Positions 41,077-51,798 of a DNA stretch of 64,000 nt are shown here, one piece after another (within the stretch, counting starts at the first letter, position 1; every line of letters begins with the position of its first letter). Made by a program: the position numbers and the translations under genes. This stretch comes from a virus: the IMG/VR virus record IMGVR_UViG_3300012936_003649, positions 1 to 64,000 of that record. One strand, written 5' to 3'. The notes beneath the pieces are model-generated. The model saw only the letters and a list, made by a program, of their open reading frames with translations, was not told where the DNA came from and made no database searches.

Positions 41077-41437
41077 TACTTTAAAAAATCAAAACAAAGC
41101 AGGAAGTTTTGTCAATGTTGCAACTATACAAGAGCGAGAAGAAGGGTTGACAAAGGTTGAAGAAAATGTTAACGATATATTAGTAAGAAAAGAAAATGAA
41201 TACATTGATTGGTTATGTTGGAGCGGTCAAGAAAGTTTGTTTATTAGAGATAACGGCGATGTTTTCAATGCAACATGTAGAGTAAAGTATTTAGGTAATA
41301 TATATGATGATTTTGATATTCCGACTGAACCAATTATTTGCAAAAAACAATGGTGTGCTTGTGCCGCCGACTTAAATACTTCTAAAGCAAAAGATGTAGA
41401 GTCAGCAAAATATTTAAGGATAAACAATGGAACTTAG
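41063..41437 (+). CDS. Stand-alone SPASM/twitch-like Fe-S domain, C-terminal part of the split radical SAM
   Basis: WLCWSG...GDVFNATC...LGNI...IICKKQWCACAAD aligns with WRCNAG...GSVKRSYSC...LGNI...TCITKSCVSSAD of 54721..55851. Confidence 0.8.
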   Translation: MPVYNTLKNQNKAGSFVNVATIQEREEGLTKVEENVNDILVRKENEYIDWLCWSGQESLFIRDNGDVFNATCRVKYLGNIYDDFDIPTEPIICKKQWCACAADLNTSKAKDVESAKYLRINNGT

Positions 41438-42044
41438 TCAAAGATGGAAAAATAGACGTACCGAAAGATGGTTTTCGGATGCTGATGTTGAAGAAGAAAA
41501 AATTAAAAAACTTTGTGATGTTATACCACATATTCCTTCTCAACAAAGTATTGTAGATCATTATTGGTGTTGCTTTTCCAAAGATGAAAAAGAAATGAGA
41601 GATTTTTTATTTTATCACGTTTTCTTATCTAAAAAAGGTTTTGATCGCAATCATGTTGACGATGACATTCTTCATTTTGGAAGTATACTGACTGCTCCCT
41701 ACGTGCTTGTAGGATTACATAGAAGTGGTATGCCCTCACATAATGATATAGGATTGCACACTGGTGTTTTATTAGCAACTGCATTAGAATTAGAACTTGA
41801 TGTTGCAACAATGGGATGTCAAGCAGGATTTGTAAAAGTTAAAAAATTCAACAAACTTATTAGAAAACATAGAAACATACCGGACAAAAATCATCTTATT
41901 CCAGTAATGGCAGTTTGTGTTGGATATAAAGAAAGACATCCTAAAGAATATTTTTATTTAGAAGATGGAACTAGAGTGAACACACAACTATCAGTTGATA
42001 GAGATAGAAAACCAAATAATTTTGTAGGAAAACATGAGCAATAA
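41427..42044 (+). CDS. Nitroreductase-superfamily flavoprotein
   Basis: RRTERWF FMN-binding start, PSQQ, APYVL, DIGLHTGVLLATALELELDVATMG, AVCVGY. Confidence 0.7.
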   Translation: MELSQRWKNRRTERWFSDADVEEEKIKKLCDVIPHIPSQQSIVDHYWCCFSKDEKEMRDFLFYHVFLSKKGFDRNHVDDDILHFGSILTAPYVLVGLHRSGMPSHNDIGLHTGVLLATALELELDVATMGCQAGFVKVKKFNKLIRKHRNIPDKNHLIPVMAVCVGYKERHPKEYFYLEDGTRVNTQLSVDRDRKPNNFVGKHEQ

Positions 42045-43308
42045 AGATAAAGCATTAAAAAGTGATACGTTTTGCTTGTTGCCTTTCATACATATGGCAA
42101 CAAAAACCGATGGCGATATGAAACTATGCTGTCGCAGTTGGCCTGTAGGTAATATAAATGAAACCACAATGAAAGAATTATGGAACAGCGACAAATATAA
42201 AGAAGTAAGACGTATGATGCTTGATGGAGAAAGACCAAAAGAATGTGATGCTTGTTGGCGACAGGAAGATATTGGTGTAAGAAGTATGCGACAGCGTTAT
42301 AACAAAACTAGAACCAAAAAATATTTGTCTCGGTTAGATAATATGTCTGATGATTACACAATGCCTTTTGAAATTCCTGTGCTAGAATCTAAACTTAGTA
42401 ATTTTTGTAATTTAAAATGTCGCATGTGTCATCCACTTGATAGTACAAGTTGGAGTAAAGACTGGGAAACAATTGAACACTTAATGGAAAAAGCCAACGG
42501 AAGTACTTTTAGAAAAGTTCGTGAATTTGGACTGACAAGAAAGCCTTACATAAGTGGCTGGGAAAAGAATGATGAATTTTGGAAAGAGTTTGAAGAACTT
42601 GCTCCGCACTTTGAGCGTATAGAATTTGCTGGAGGAGAACCTTTGATTGATCCTATACATTATCGTATTTTAAATATTCTTAAAAAATATGGAAGTAATA
42701 TAGAATTAAAGTATAGTACTAATCTTACAAAACTAAACTATAAAAAAGATGATGTTATGGAGTTATGGAATCACTTCAAAGGCGTGGAGGTGATGATTAG
42801 TATTGATGGTGTTGACGATGTTTACAATTATATTAGGCAACTAGGTGATTATGAAATTGTAAAAAAGAATATTTTAAAAGTTGTTGATCATCCTAAGGTA
42901 GTTAAAATAGCAGGCGCTTGTACATTCCAAGTATACAATATTTTTAGTATGCCTGAAATTTTTGATCAATTTACAGAAGATCTCAACATAGATATTCATG
43001 CACATAGAGTAAACTATCCAACGTTTTTAGATATGAGATTGATACCTGATAGTGTAAAACAACCGTTGACAAAAAAACTTGAAGATTATGTAGACACTAT
43101 TGAAAACAAAACACATTCAAATTGGACCGAAGAAAGAAAACAAAATGCGATCAAACACGGCAAGGATAATATTGCCGCACTTAATGGAGGTTCTTTGACT
43201 AAAGAGATTCCAGCATTTATTGAATTTAGTGATAGATTAGATCACAAACAAAAAGTAGTAAAAGATTGGAAAGAATTACTTCCAGAATTAGCAAAGGAAA
43301 TAATATGA
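42034..43308 (+). CDS. Radical SAM enzyme with N-terminal twitch domain
   Basis: FCLLPF...LCC...CDAC then CNLKCRMC, AGGEP, SIDG. Confidence 0.9.
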   Translation: MSNKDKALKSDTFCLLPFIHMATKTDGDMKLCCRSWPVGNINETTMKELWNSDKYKEVRRMMLDGERPKECDACWRQEDIGVRSMRQRYNKTRTKKYLSRLDNMSDDYTMPFEIPVLESKLSNFCNLKCRMCHPLDSTSWSKDWETIEHLMEKANGSTFRKVREFGLTRKPYISGWEKNDEFWKEFEELAPHFERIEFAGGEPLIDPIHYRILNILKKYGSNIELKYSTNLTKLNYKKDDVMELWNHFKGVEVMISIDGVDDVYNYIRQLGDYEIVKKNILKVVDHPKVVKIAGACTFQVYNIFSMPEIFDQFTEDLNIDIHAHRVNYPTFLDMRLIPDSVKQPLTKKLEDYVDTIENKTHSNWTEERKQNAIKHGKDNIAALNGGSLTKEIPAFIEFSDRLDHKQKVVKDWKELLPELAKEII

Positions 43309-44702
43309 TAAGTCAAAAAGCACAGGCAGAAAGACTAGTAAGAAATAATGGAATTATGGTTGCATATGTTGATAGTCATGATACCAGATATAAAGATCCT
43401 TTTATTGAAATGGTCTCAAAAAATATTGCGGAATTTAATACACTTGATTTAAGACAATTAGAACAAAAAGTAATTACAACGACATCTTATTTAGATGCTT
43501 TGCATATAGCACAAAGACAAGGCTGTAAACATTTGTTGTATGTGGAGTTAGGTACTGTTATAGATTGGTGTGACGGTCCTATGAAAGATATTGTTGCTTT
43601 TATTAGATCATATCCGGATAGTAAATTTTTCGGACATATTTTACAACATGCAAACGGATCGTTTTATATACACCCACAGTTTTTTGTAATAGATGTCGAG
43701 TGGGCAATGGAAAACAATATAAGAAGGATTGAGGAAGAAAATCCTAAAATTAAATGGAATGCACCTGTATTTGAAAGGAGCGTTAGTCACTTCCATGATG
43801 GATATACACCTCATTGGGTAAAGATCGGTGAGAAAAAACGTTCTAAAGTCAGAGGACAAGGCAAAGGTTGGAACATTCTAGATGCAATATTTGAAACTGA
43901 CAGTGAAATGCAAGTTTGGCCAGAACATATACGCAATGCTAAAAAGTTTCTTTATCCTACAGTAAAAGAAGAGTGTGTAAAAAATAAAGCAGTAATTTTT
44001 AGCGAAATGAATACAAATAGAGTATATGTCGCTAATACTGAAGAAATCCAGTATGAGAAATATTCTCGTATTTTAGATCATCATGATATAAAATGTGTCG
44101 CTACTCCTGCAAGTGGGTTAAGTACTTTCTTGCTTCCTTTTTATGCACGGGCAGAAAAAACACTTGCATATGATATAAACATTATGTCTTTACATATGAT
44201 CGAACTAATGACAGAAGAATGGGACGGAACTAATTTTAAAGATTTTATAAACACAAGAGTTGTAACTCACCGTGCGTTAGAATCAGTATATAAAGCGAAA
44301 GATGTACATCTAGAAAATGCAGATGCTTTACTTAAAAGTTTTGGAGATGAATGGGTTGATTGGTGGAGAACCAGAGGTAAAAATTCAATTACTACTAAGC
44401 AAATAGATATTTTCAATCATCATACATGGTATAATTTTAAAAATCATTTAATGGGCAACCATGTTACATTGTTAAATATTAGTAATATTATGCACTATGC
44501 ACCTTCTGCAACTTTATTTAATACACAACAAAGAATAGATATATTAAAAAATTTACATAGTTATATTACAACAAATGTTATGAACAAAGAAAATTTACTT
44601 ATACATGGTAGAAGCCCTACTGAAAGTGACCATCCTATTTATGGGTATTTTCGAGAAAGAGATATTGTAAGTAATATAGTATTTCCATGGAGGAGAAATT
44701 AA
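43305..44702 (+). CDS. Hypothetical enzyme (possible N-terminal GT-like and C-terminal methyltransferase-like regions)
   Basis: Start re-called at ATGA overlap 43305; YIHPQFFVID, FHDGYTPHWV, then ATPASG...LAYDIN Rossmann-like pattern. Confidence 0.5.
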   Translation: MISQKAQAERLVRNNGIMVAYVDSHDTRYKDPFIEMVSKNIAEFNTLDLRQLEQKVITTTSYLDALHIAQRQGCKHLLYVELGTVIDWCDGPMKDIVAFIRSYPDSKFFGHILQHANGSFYIHPQFFVIDVEWAMENNIRRIEEENPKIKWNAPVFERSVSHFHDGYTPHWVKIGEKKRSKVRGQGKGWNILDAIFETDSEMQVWPEHIRNAKKFLYPTVKEECVKNKAVIFSEMNTNRVYVANTEEIQYEKYSRILDHHDIKCVATPASGLSTFLLPFYARAEKTLAYDINIMSLHMIELMTEEWDGTNFKDFINTRVVTHRALESVYKAKDVHLENADALLKSFGDEWVDWWRTRGKNSITTKQIDIFNHHTWYNFKNHLMGNHVTLLNISNIMHYAPSATLFNTQQRIDILKNLHSYITTNVMNKENLLIHGRSPTESDHPIYGYFRERDIVSNIVFPWRRN

Positions 44703-45403
44703 TGGAAGAAATTAGAGAAATAATTAGACGTAATGCAAATATAATACACAATGAACATATTCCACCTATTCCAGAAGAGTTTAGAGATGGAAAAAATGAT
44801 GCTAAGTTCTGTGATTGGATTATAAGTCATAGCATGTTGCCATCTTTTCCTTTAGATATTGAAATTCCACACGAAGAAATGTATAAAGAAGCAATGGCGC
44901 AAAAGCATCGATTTGTAAAACATAGAGGTAGTAGCAGTCCGGGCTGGTCCAGTATGGCGATCCATGGCACAGCAGTACATCATACTTCACCGAGAGAAAA
45001 TTATTTTGAACAAGACAATATGCCAGAGTATGATTGGACTGAACTTGCAGACCTATGTCCAATTACAAAACAGTGGTTACAAAATTTAGGATTCAAAAAA
45101 TATCAAAGAGTGCGTTTCATGTTACTTGATCCTGGAGGTTACATCAATCCTCACAGAGATGTTGATGTGAGAAAACTTCATGCTTGGAACGTGGCAATAA
45201 ATAATCCTGTAGGACATAAATTTGTCTTAGATGGACACGGAATAATTCCTTGGAAAGTCGGCGAAGTTAGAGGTATTGATATATCTCAACTGCATACTGT
45301 AGTCAATGATGGTGTAGAACCAAGACTACACATGATTATACACGGCCACTTTGATGAAGGAATAGCAAAGACTATTTGCAGGAGTTATGAAAAGTTGGTA
45401 TGA
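44702..45403 (+). CDS. Aspartyl/asparaginyl beta-hydroxylase-like 2OG-Fe(II) oxygenase
   Basis: Start at TAATG overlap after GGAGGAG; RVRFMLLDPGGYINPHRD...LHTVVNDGVEPRLHMI. Confidence 0.85.
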   Translation: MEEIREIIRRNANIIHNEHIPPIPEEFRDGKNDAKFCDWIISHSMLPSFPLDIEIPHEEMYKEAMAQKHRFVKHRGSSSPGWSSMAIHGTAVHHTSPRENYFEQDNMPEYDWTELADLCPITKQWLQNLGFKKYQRVRFMLLDPGGYINPHRDVDVRKLHAWNVAINNPVGHKFVLDGHGIIPWKVGEVRGIDISQLHTVVNDGVEPRLHMIIHGHFDEGIAKTICRSYEKLV

Positions 45404-46902
45404 CAAAATACGATATTGCTTTAGTAAGTACACCAGTTATGGAGACAAATGTGCCTGCGCCTGCAATCTATTATTTGAAAGGCGCATTAAATCCGCATGG
45501 CTTCAAAACAAGATGTTTCGACTTAGTACGAGATAGTGAAGAGTATTTTGGCAAAGAGGAAAACAAACAAGTAAACAGTTATTTACTTGCTGATTGGCAT
45601 GCTGGCATGCACACAGTAAAGAAAGATAAAGAAATTTATGATATGATTGTTGACTATTACAGAGATTATGTAGTAGAGCGTATTGCTCCCACGCAAGCAG
45701 AATGGGTTGGAATAAGTGTGTTCAGTCAAAACAGTCAAAAATCATCTCATATACTTTGCAAAGTAGTACGTGAAGTTATGCCTGACGCTAAAATTATATT
45801 GGGAGGCACAGGACTTGGCATTAGTATGGGAGGTAAAAAAACATTCGGTACTAGGTTAATTGAAGAAGGATATGCTGATTACTTTATTGACGGAGAAGGA
45901 GAAAACGCTCTTGTTGCATTATTAAAAGGAGATACATCCTATCCAGGTATTAATAGTACACAATATAAACAGATTGACAAAATAGATGATATTCCCTTTC
46001 CTGATTACAGTGACTACCAAGAAGATTACGGCGATATAACTAAAATTACCCTAACTGGGTCACGTGGGTGTGTAAGGCGTTGTAGTTTTTGTGATATAGG
46101 AGCATTTTGGAAAAAGTTTAGATTTAGAAGCGGTGAAAATATTGCAAAGGAAATGATTAGAAATAAAAAAGAATATAATTCAAAAACATACTTCTTTTCA
46201 GATAGTCTAATAAATGGTAGTATGAAAGCGTTTAGAGACCTATGTGTCGTATTAGCAGACTACCATGAAAAACATCCTAAAATTAAAGATAGGATTAAAT
46301 GGGGCGGACAATTTATTATACGTAGTGAAAGACAAAGTCCTGCTTCGGATTATGAATTAATGGCTAAGGCAGGAATGACTTGGGCTAGTATTGGTATTGA
46401 AAGTGCAAGCGAAGATGTTCGCAATCATATGGACAAGCAATTTAGTAATGAGGACATGTATTTTAGCATTGATCAACTTATTAAAAATGGTATAGGCGTT
46501 ACAGCAATGTTCATTGTAGGTTATCCAACTGAAACATTAGAAATGTTTGATGAAAACATAAAATTTTTAAAATACTATGCAGATAGAAATAGTTCTAAGT
46601 ATACAAGGAATGGATTAGATCCAGGAGACTATGGTTGTATCAGAGATATTAATTTAGGACAAACGTTGGGTGTGTTAGACGATAGTCCATTAGCATCAAT
46701 GACTGACGATTTTGAAGGTAAAGACACTTGGGTATCTAAAACAGTAGAAGGACTAGATTTTGAAGAGCGTGTACGTAGGAGAAAAAAACTTTCAAGAGTT
46801 GCAAATGCATTAGGATATAATGTACGTTGGGATGAAAAACAATTACACTTTTTAAATAAAAAATTAGAAGATTGGAAACAAGAAGGGAAACCTATAAGAT
46901 GA
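45400..46902 (+). CDS. Cobalamin-binding (class B) radical SAM enzyme
   Basis: B12-binding region VGISVF...IILGG...DGEGE; SRGCVRRCSFC; GIESAS; FIVGYPTET. Confidence 0.9.
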   Translation: MTKYDIALVSTPVMETNVPAPAIYYLKGALNPHGFKTRCFDLVRDSEEYFGKEENKQVNSYLLADWHAGMHTVKKDKEIYDMIVDYYRDYVVERIAPTQAEWVGISVFSQNSQKSSHILCKVVREVMPDAKIILGGTGLGISMGGKKTFGTRLIEEGYADYFIDGEGENALVALLKGDTSYPGINSTQYKQIDKIDDIPFPDYSDYQEDYGDITKITLTGSRGCVRRCSFCDIGAFWKKFRFRSGENIAKEMIRNKKEYNSKTYFFSDSLINGSMKAFRDLCVVLADYHEKHPKIKDRIKWGGQFIIRSERQSPASDYELMAKAGMTWASIGIESASEDVRNHMDKQFSNEDMYFSIDQLIKNGIGVTAMFIVGYPTETLEMFDENIKFLKYYADRNSSKYTRNGLDPGDYGCIRDINLGQTLGVLDDSPLASMTDDFEGKDTWVSKTVEGLDFEERVRRRKKLSRVANALGYNVRWDEKQLHFLNKKLEDWKQEGKPIR

Positions 46903-47573
46903 GGAATATTGAAACATGGAAATCACGCTATACTGTAAAACAGTTTACAGATAAAGAAATTGATTTAGAAGATATGGAATACTTAACAGACCTATTTGAA
47001 TATATTCCTATTCAACAAGGATTGCTAAGTCATTTTTGGTTAAGATTAGGTCCTGAAGAGCAGGATTTTAAAACATTCTTGTATGAAAAAGTTTTTCATA
47101 TGAAAGATAAATCTGAACATATGTATGCTGTTGCTTCATCACCTTATGTATTTCTAGGAGTATATCATCAGCAAGGACTTGTTGGAAAAGGTGGAAGGAT
47201 GTCTCATGTTTCTGAACATGAAGCAATTATAAATCTTGGATTTCATGGAGGAGTGTTATTAAGCGAAGCACTACACTTAGGATACGATGTTTCACAAGTT
47301 GCTTGTCAAGAAGGCATAAACAAAAATTGGCCTGAATTCAATCAACGTGTAAGAGATTTTTTGTCTGAAGAAGATGTTAAAAAATTAATGTTTCATCCTG
47401 CTAGATTACCCAAGGTAGACTTCCATCCAAAATTAGTCATTTGTATTGGTAAAGGTTTACCTTTAACGGAAAATGTTAGTACTGTAATAAGAGATGGTTT
47501 TCCAGCCAAGGTACATCAAAAACCTAAAAAACCTGCAACTAATCTTGTATTAAGGAAACCTGCGAATGAATAA
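46899..47573 (+). CDS. Nitroreductase-superfamily flavoprotein
   Basis: Start re-called at ATGA overlap; SRYTVKQF, SPYVF, NLGFHGGVLLSEALHLGYDV, VICIG; paralog of 41427 gene. Confidence 0.7.
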   Translation: MRNIETWKSRYTVKQFTDKEIDLEDMEYLTDLFEYIPIQQGLLSHFWLRLGPEEQDFKTFLYEKVFHMKDKSEHMYAVASSPYVFLGVYHQQGLVGKGGRMSHVSEHEAIINLGFHGGVLLSEALHLGYDVSQVACQEGINKNWPEFNQRVRDFLSEEDVKKLMFHPARLPKVDFHPKLVICIGKGLPLTENVSTVIRDGFPAKVHQKPKKPATNLVLRKPANE

Positions 47574-48732
47574 TAAAACCTTTTGTATTTTGCCTTGGAT
47601 GCACCTTGCTACAAACGCAAGTGGTAATCTGCGTGTGTGTTGTAATAGTACACCAGGCAAAAATTTTATTACAAAAGAAGATGGTACTCCTTATAAATTG
47701 CACAGAGACAATATGCAAGAAGCATGGGAAAGTGAAGTTTATAAAGTTATTAGAAAACAATTATTGAATGGCGAACGTCCTGAAATGTGTACACGTTGTT
47801 TCCGTGAAGAAGATGTAGGTATTAAGAGTGCTAGGCAAGCATGGAATGACAAATGGATGCAAGACAAAGAATATACAATGGACGCACCATTTGATATCAA
47901 GTATGTGGACCTAAGATTAAGCAATTTATGTAACCTTAAATGTAGAATGTGTAATCCTTATGCTTCAAACATGTGGGTAAAAGAATGGGCAAGTGTTGAC
48001 AATGCACTTAGTGAAAGTGAATACAAACGTCTTAGTAGAATGGATTGGCCTGAAGAAGAAAAAACTTGGGAAAATTTATTCAGTATTGCACACACTGTTG
48101 AAGAAATATATTTGACAGGTGGCGAACCTACAGTTATAAAAAAACAGCAAAAGTTGTTAGACTATTTTATAGAAAACGGTACTTCTAAAAATATACGATT
48201 AAAATATAATACAAACTTAGTAAAAGTTCCTCCTTGGTTGTTAGATAGATGGACACACTTCAAGCGTGTGCAACTTAATTGTTCAATAGACGCAGTAGGA
48301 GAATTAGATCGTTATATTAGACATCCGAGCAAATGGGAAGTTATTGTTAAGAATTTTGAAACTGTCAGACAATTACCTAATGTAAATATTGAAATACATT
48401 GTACAGTACAAATGTATAACATACTTCGGTTACACGAACTAGTTAAGTGGGCAAAACCTTATGGGCATAAAATATATTTAAACATACTTAATCATCCTGA
48501 ATACCTAAATGTAAGAGTGTTACCTAAACATCTTAAAGATCAAGCAAAAGAATTTTTACAAGAACATCTTGATATACCTAAGATGCAAGGATTGATTGAT
48601 TATATGTATGCAGAAGACTGGAGCAAAAAACTTCCAGAATTTTTCAAATATACAAATACATTAGATAAGTCACGCAACGAGAACTTATTTAAAATATTAC
48701 CGGAGTTTGATCTTGAAGTATCTAGTTACTAG
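47566..48732 (+). CDS. Radical SAM enzyme with N-terminal twitch domain
   Basis: FCILPW...VCC...CTRC then CNLKCRMC, TGGEP, SIDA. Confidence 0.9.
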   Translation: MNNKTFCILPWMHLATNASGNLRVCCNSTPGKNFITKEDGTPYKLHRDNMQEAWESEVYKVIRKQLLNGERPEMCTRCFREEDVGIKSARQAWNDKWMQDKEYTMDAPFDIKYVDLRLSNLCNLKCRMCNPYASNMWVKEWASVDNALSESEYKRLSRMDWPEEEKTWENLFSIAHTVEEIYLTGGEPTVIKKQQKLLDYFIENGTSKNIRLKYNTNLVKVPPWLLDRWTHFKRVQLNCSIDAVGELDRYIRHPSKWEVIVKNFETVRQLPNVNIEIHCTVQMYNILRLHELVKWAKPYGHKIYLNILNHPEYLNVRVLPKHLKDQAKEFLQEHLDIPKMQGLIDYMYAEDWSKKLPEFFKYTNTLDKSRNENLFKILPEFDLEVSSY

Positions 48733-49426
48733 TGGATGTAGTTTTACAGCGTATGAGCGTTGCTGGCCATATCGTTTAGTAGAACAATTAGGCAAAATAA
48801 ATTATACCTTAATTAACGATGCTGAAGGCAGTAGCGGAAATGCTATGATTCATAGAAGGATTATCTATCAAGTAGGAAAACTGTTAGCACAAGGTATAGA
48901 TAAAGATGATATTTTAGTTGGAGTTATGTGGAGTGGTGCAAATAGGCATAATATACATGATGAAAAAATAGAACGCATAGGAAAGGATGATGTAAATCCT
49001 TATTATTGGCCTGAAGAAGGAGGCAGAGGTGCTTGGGAAATTTTTTGTGCTACAAATTCTTCAAGGAAAGTAATGTGGTATTATCAACATGTTTTTAGTT
49101 ACTATCAAAGCGTTTTAGAAACTTATGAATATATTAATCATTTACAAAATTATTTACAAATGAAAGATGTAAAATATTTCATGTGTCCTTACATGGACGG
49201 TTGGGACTATGAAGGTTTTCATGATAATGATGATCCATATATTCGTATGCTTGTAGACAGTATTGATTATAGTAAATGGCCAACAAAGCAAGGTCAATGG
49301 GAATGGGTTAAGGAGAACTATGCAAATCTTAAATTGGCTAACCCTAAACATCCAGGACCAGAGCAAAACAATCTTTGGGTTGAAAAAGTAATAATTCCTT
49401 GGCTGAAAGAAAATAATTATGTCTAA
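48707..49426 (+). CDS. SGNH/GDSL hydrolase-like protein
   Basis: Block I SGCSFT, block II GSSGN, C-terminal KHP; TTG start (48713 also possible). Confidence 0.7.
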   Translation: MILKYLVTSGCSFTAYERCWPYRLVEQLGKINYTLINDAEGSSGNAMIHRRIIYQVGKLLAQGIDKDDILVGVMWSGANRHNIHDEKIERIGKDDVNPYYWPEEGGRGAWEIFCATNSSRKVMWYYQHVFSYYQSVLETYEYINHLQNYLQMKDVKYFMCPYMDGWDYEGFHDNDDPYIRMLVDSIDYSKWPTKQGQWEWVKENYANLKLANPKHPGPEQNNLWVEKVIIPWLKENNYV

Positions 49427-50597
49427 TGTATTTTGTCCATTGCCTTGGAATCACTTATTCGTAAGAGCAAACCAAGATGTCTTTCCTTGTTGTGAAACTA
49501 ATTTAGTAAGTACAAAGTTTGACGAGTCTATTGAGAAGACAGCCAATCATCCTGTGTTTAATAAATTTAGATTAGATATACTAAATGGTTCAAAACTACC
49601 TCCAGAATGTCGTTCTTGCGAAATAAAAGAATTAGCAGGAAAACAGAGTCTTAGATTAGTTTCTTTAAAACACCACAGTACTATGAACAAAGAAAAAGCA
49701 CAAGCAATTACACAGCCAGATGGAAGTGTGCGTAATTTTAAATTAGAAAGATTAGACATTCGTAGTAGTAACTTGTGTAATTATAAGTGTAGATTCTGTG
49801 GGATTATAAGTAGCAACAGTTGGCTTAACGATCATAAGTTATTAGGTTATGAAGTTGAAAAATCGTACGATAAAAAAACTGGCATCGCTGAATTTGAATT
49901 GCCGTGGGAAGATCTAAAACAGCATCTGCCGTATGTAAAAGAAGTTAAACTTGCTGGTGGCGAACCAGTAATGATGCCAGGAACTTATCAACTACTTGAA
50001 GAATTAATTTCTATAGGCAATACAGATGCAAAAATAGTGCTTATAACAAATGCAAGTATGGCTAATTATGGCAATAAAAATATTATTGAATTGATTAAAA
50101 AATTTAAACGTTCAGTAATTATGTTAAGTGTTGATGGTATAGGACATGCCCATGAATGGTTGAGATCAGGTAAAAGTGATTGGCTAAAAGTAAAACAAGT
50201 TATAAAAGATTATACTTCTTTTGCAAACTATGATTCAGTTCATTTTCACGTAGGAGTATCTTGGATGAATATGTGGCATCTAGAAAAGTTTGTAAGAGAA
50301 TATCCTAATCATAAATTTATATTCAACCCGGTAACTGATCCTGCTATATATTCTATTGCTAGGTTTCCTAAAGAACAAGTTAATCTTGCGGCAGAACACT
50401 ACAAAAAATTGTACAGTAAAGAAGGTCAAAATCAGTGGCTTGCAATTTATAATATGTTACATGCTATGGCAAACAAAGACGCAGGCGAATTTGATCAGAA
50501 GGAGTTTGTTCGTGTAACAAATTTGTTAGATACTAGTAGGAAACAAGATTTCAGAAAAGCATTTCCTGAACATGCAAAGGTATTATTACATGGATAA
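49419..50597 (+). CDS. Radical SAM enzyme with N-terminal twitch domain
   Basis: FCPLPW...PCC...CRSC then CNYKCRFC, AGGEP, SVDG. Confidence 0.9.
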   Translation: MSNVFCPLPWNHLFVRANQDVFPCCETNLVSTKFDESIEKTANHPVFNKFRLDILNGSKLPPECRSCEIKELAGKQSLRLVSLKHHSTMNKEKAQAITQPDGSVRNFKLERLDIRSSNLCNYKCRFCGIISSNSWLNDHKLLGYEVEKSYDKKTGIAEFELPWEDLKQHLPYVKEVKLAGGEPVMMPGTYQLLEELISIGNTDAKIVLITNASMANYGNKNIIELIKKFKRSVIMLSVDGIGHAHEWLRSGKSDWLKVKQVIKDYTSFANYDSVHFHVGVSWMNMWHLEKFVREYPNHKFIFNPVTDPAIYSIARFPKEQVNLAAEHYKKLYSKEGQNQWLAIYNMLHAMANKDAGEFDQKEFVRVTNLLDTSRKQDFRKAFPEHAKVLLHG

Positions 50598-51798
50598 GAC
50601 AGCGTATTGCCCAATGCCATTTGTTACTCTTACTGTAAACCCAACAGGTGTTATAACTCGTTGTATGATGAGTATGAAAACAATGGGCTCTATTTCAAAA
50701 AATACATATAGCAATGCAGAATTTCAAACATTAAGAAAAAATATGCTTAATGGTATTTGGGATGAAAAAGGTTGCGAGTCTTGTAAAAATGCAGAAGACA
50801 ATGGTAGGTGGAGCCAAAGATTAAAATGGCTAGATAGAGAAGAAAAATATTTAGGAGAAACAGGCATATATGAAGCCAATACAAATATTGTCAAAAATGA
50901 CATACACCATTTGTACATGAACTTTAATAATATTTGTAATTTTAAATGTAGAATGTGCGGTCCACATTTTAGTAATGCATGGATACCAGATCATAATAAA
51001 TTAGCAGAAGCAACAAAAACAACTAGACCTTGGTTAGAAAATTCAATGTCAAAACAAAGAATTGACATAGACAATTTTTTTGATCAGTTTGGTGATATGA
51101 TTTCAAACCTAAAACAGATTTGGATAACTGGCGGTGAACCATTTATAGATAATTCTATATATGATTTTTTTGAGCAGTTAAAAAAATATACAAATTTAAA
51201 AAATATAAAAGTGCTTATTAATACTAATGCAACAAAAGTAGATCCCCAAAAACTCATTCCTCTTATGAATGTAAAGCAATTAGCATTAAATATTAGTGTT
51301 GACGCAACAGGAAAATTATTTCCTTACATGCGTGGATATAACTATTCTTTTGATGATATAGATGCTAAAATTAGGAGTATATGCAAGTTGAAAAAAAGTT
51401 ACAAAAATTTTCAAGTGCAAGTAAATGCGGCTTACCAAATATTTAATATACTTAATGTTGAAGATTTTTTTAATTGGGCAAGTGAAATATTAGAAGATGA
51501 AACAGCAGGCTTAGTAGAATACAGAACTTTGCATGGTCCGCCTTTTTTGAGAGCAAGGAATGCACCTAAAGCAATCAAGTATGATGCATTGTTAATGCTA
51601 GAAAGACTTGTAAAACGTTTTCCAAATAATAATTATTTTCCAGATATGATAAAAGAAGTTAAACAACAACAAGATAAAAAAGATTTGGATGATTTTGTTT
51701 TATGGAACAAAAAATTAGATGAAATACGTAGTGAACATTTAGTAAAAGCATTTCCAGAACTTGTAAAATGTTTTAATAACGAAGGTCTTAGAATATGA
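50590..51798 (+). CDS. Radical SAM enzyme with N-terminal twitch domain
   Basis: Start probably ATG 50590; YCPMPF...RCM...CESC then CNFKCRMC, TGGEP, SVDA. Confidence 0.9.
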   Translation: MDKTAYCPMPFVTLTVNPTGVITRCMMSMKTMGSISKNTYSNAEFQTLRKNMLNGIWDEKGCESCKNAEDNGRWSQRLKWLDREEKYLGETGIYEANTNIVKNDIHHLYMNFNNICNFKCRMCGPHFSNAWIPDHNKLAEATKTTRPWLENSMSKQRIDIDNFFDQFGDMISNLKQIWITGGEPFIDNSIYDFFEQLKKYTNLKNIKVLINTNATKVDPQKLIPLMNVKQLALNISVDATGKLFPYMRGYNYSFDDIDAKIRSICKLKKSYKNFQVQVNAAYQIFNILNVEDFFNWASEILEDETAGLVEYRTLHGPPFLRARNAPKAIKYDALLMLERLVKRFPNNNYFPDMIKEVKQQQDKKDLDDFVLWNKKLDEIRSEHLVKAFPELVKCFNNEGLRI

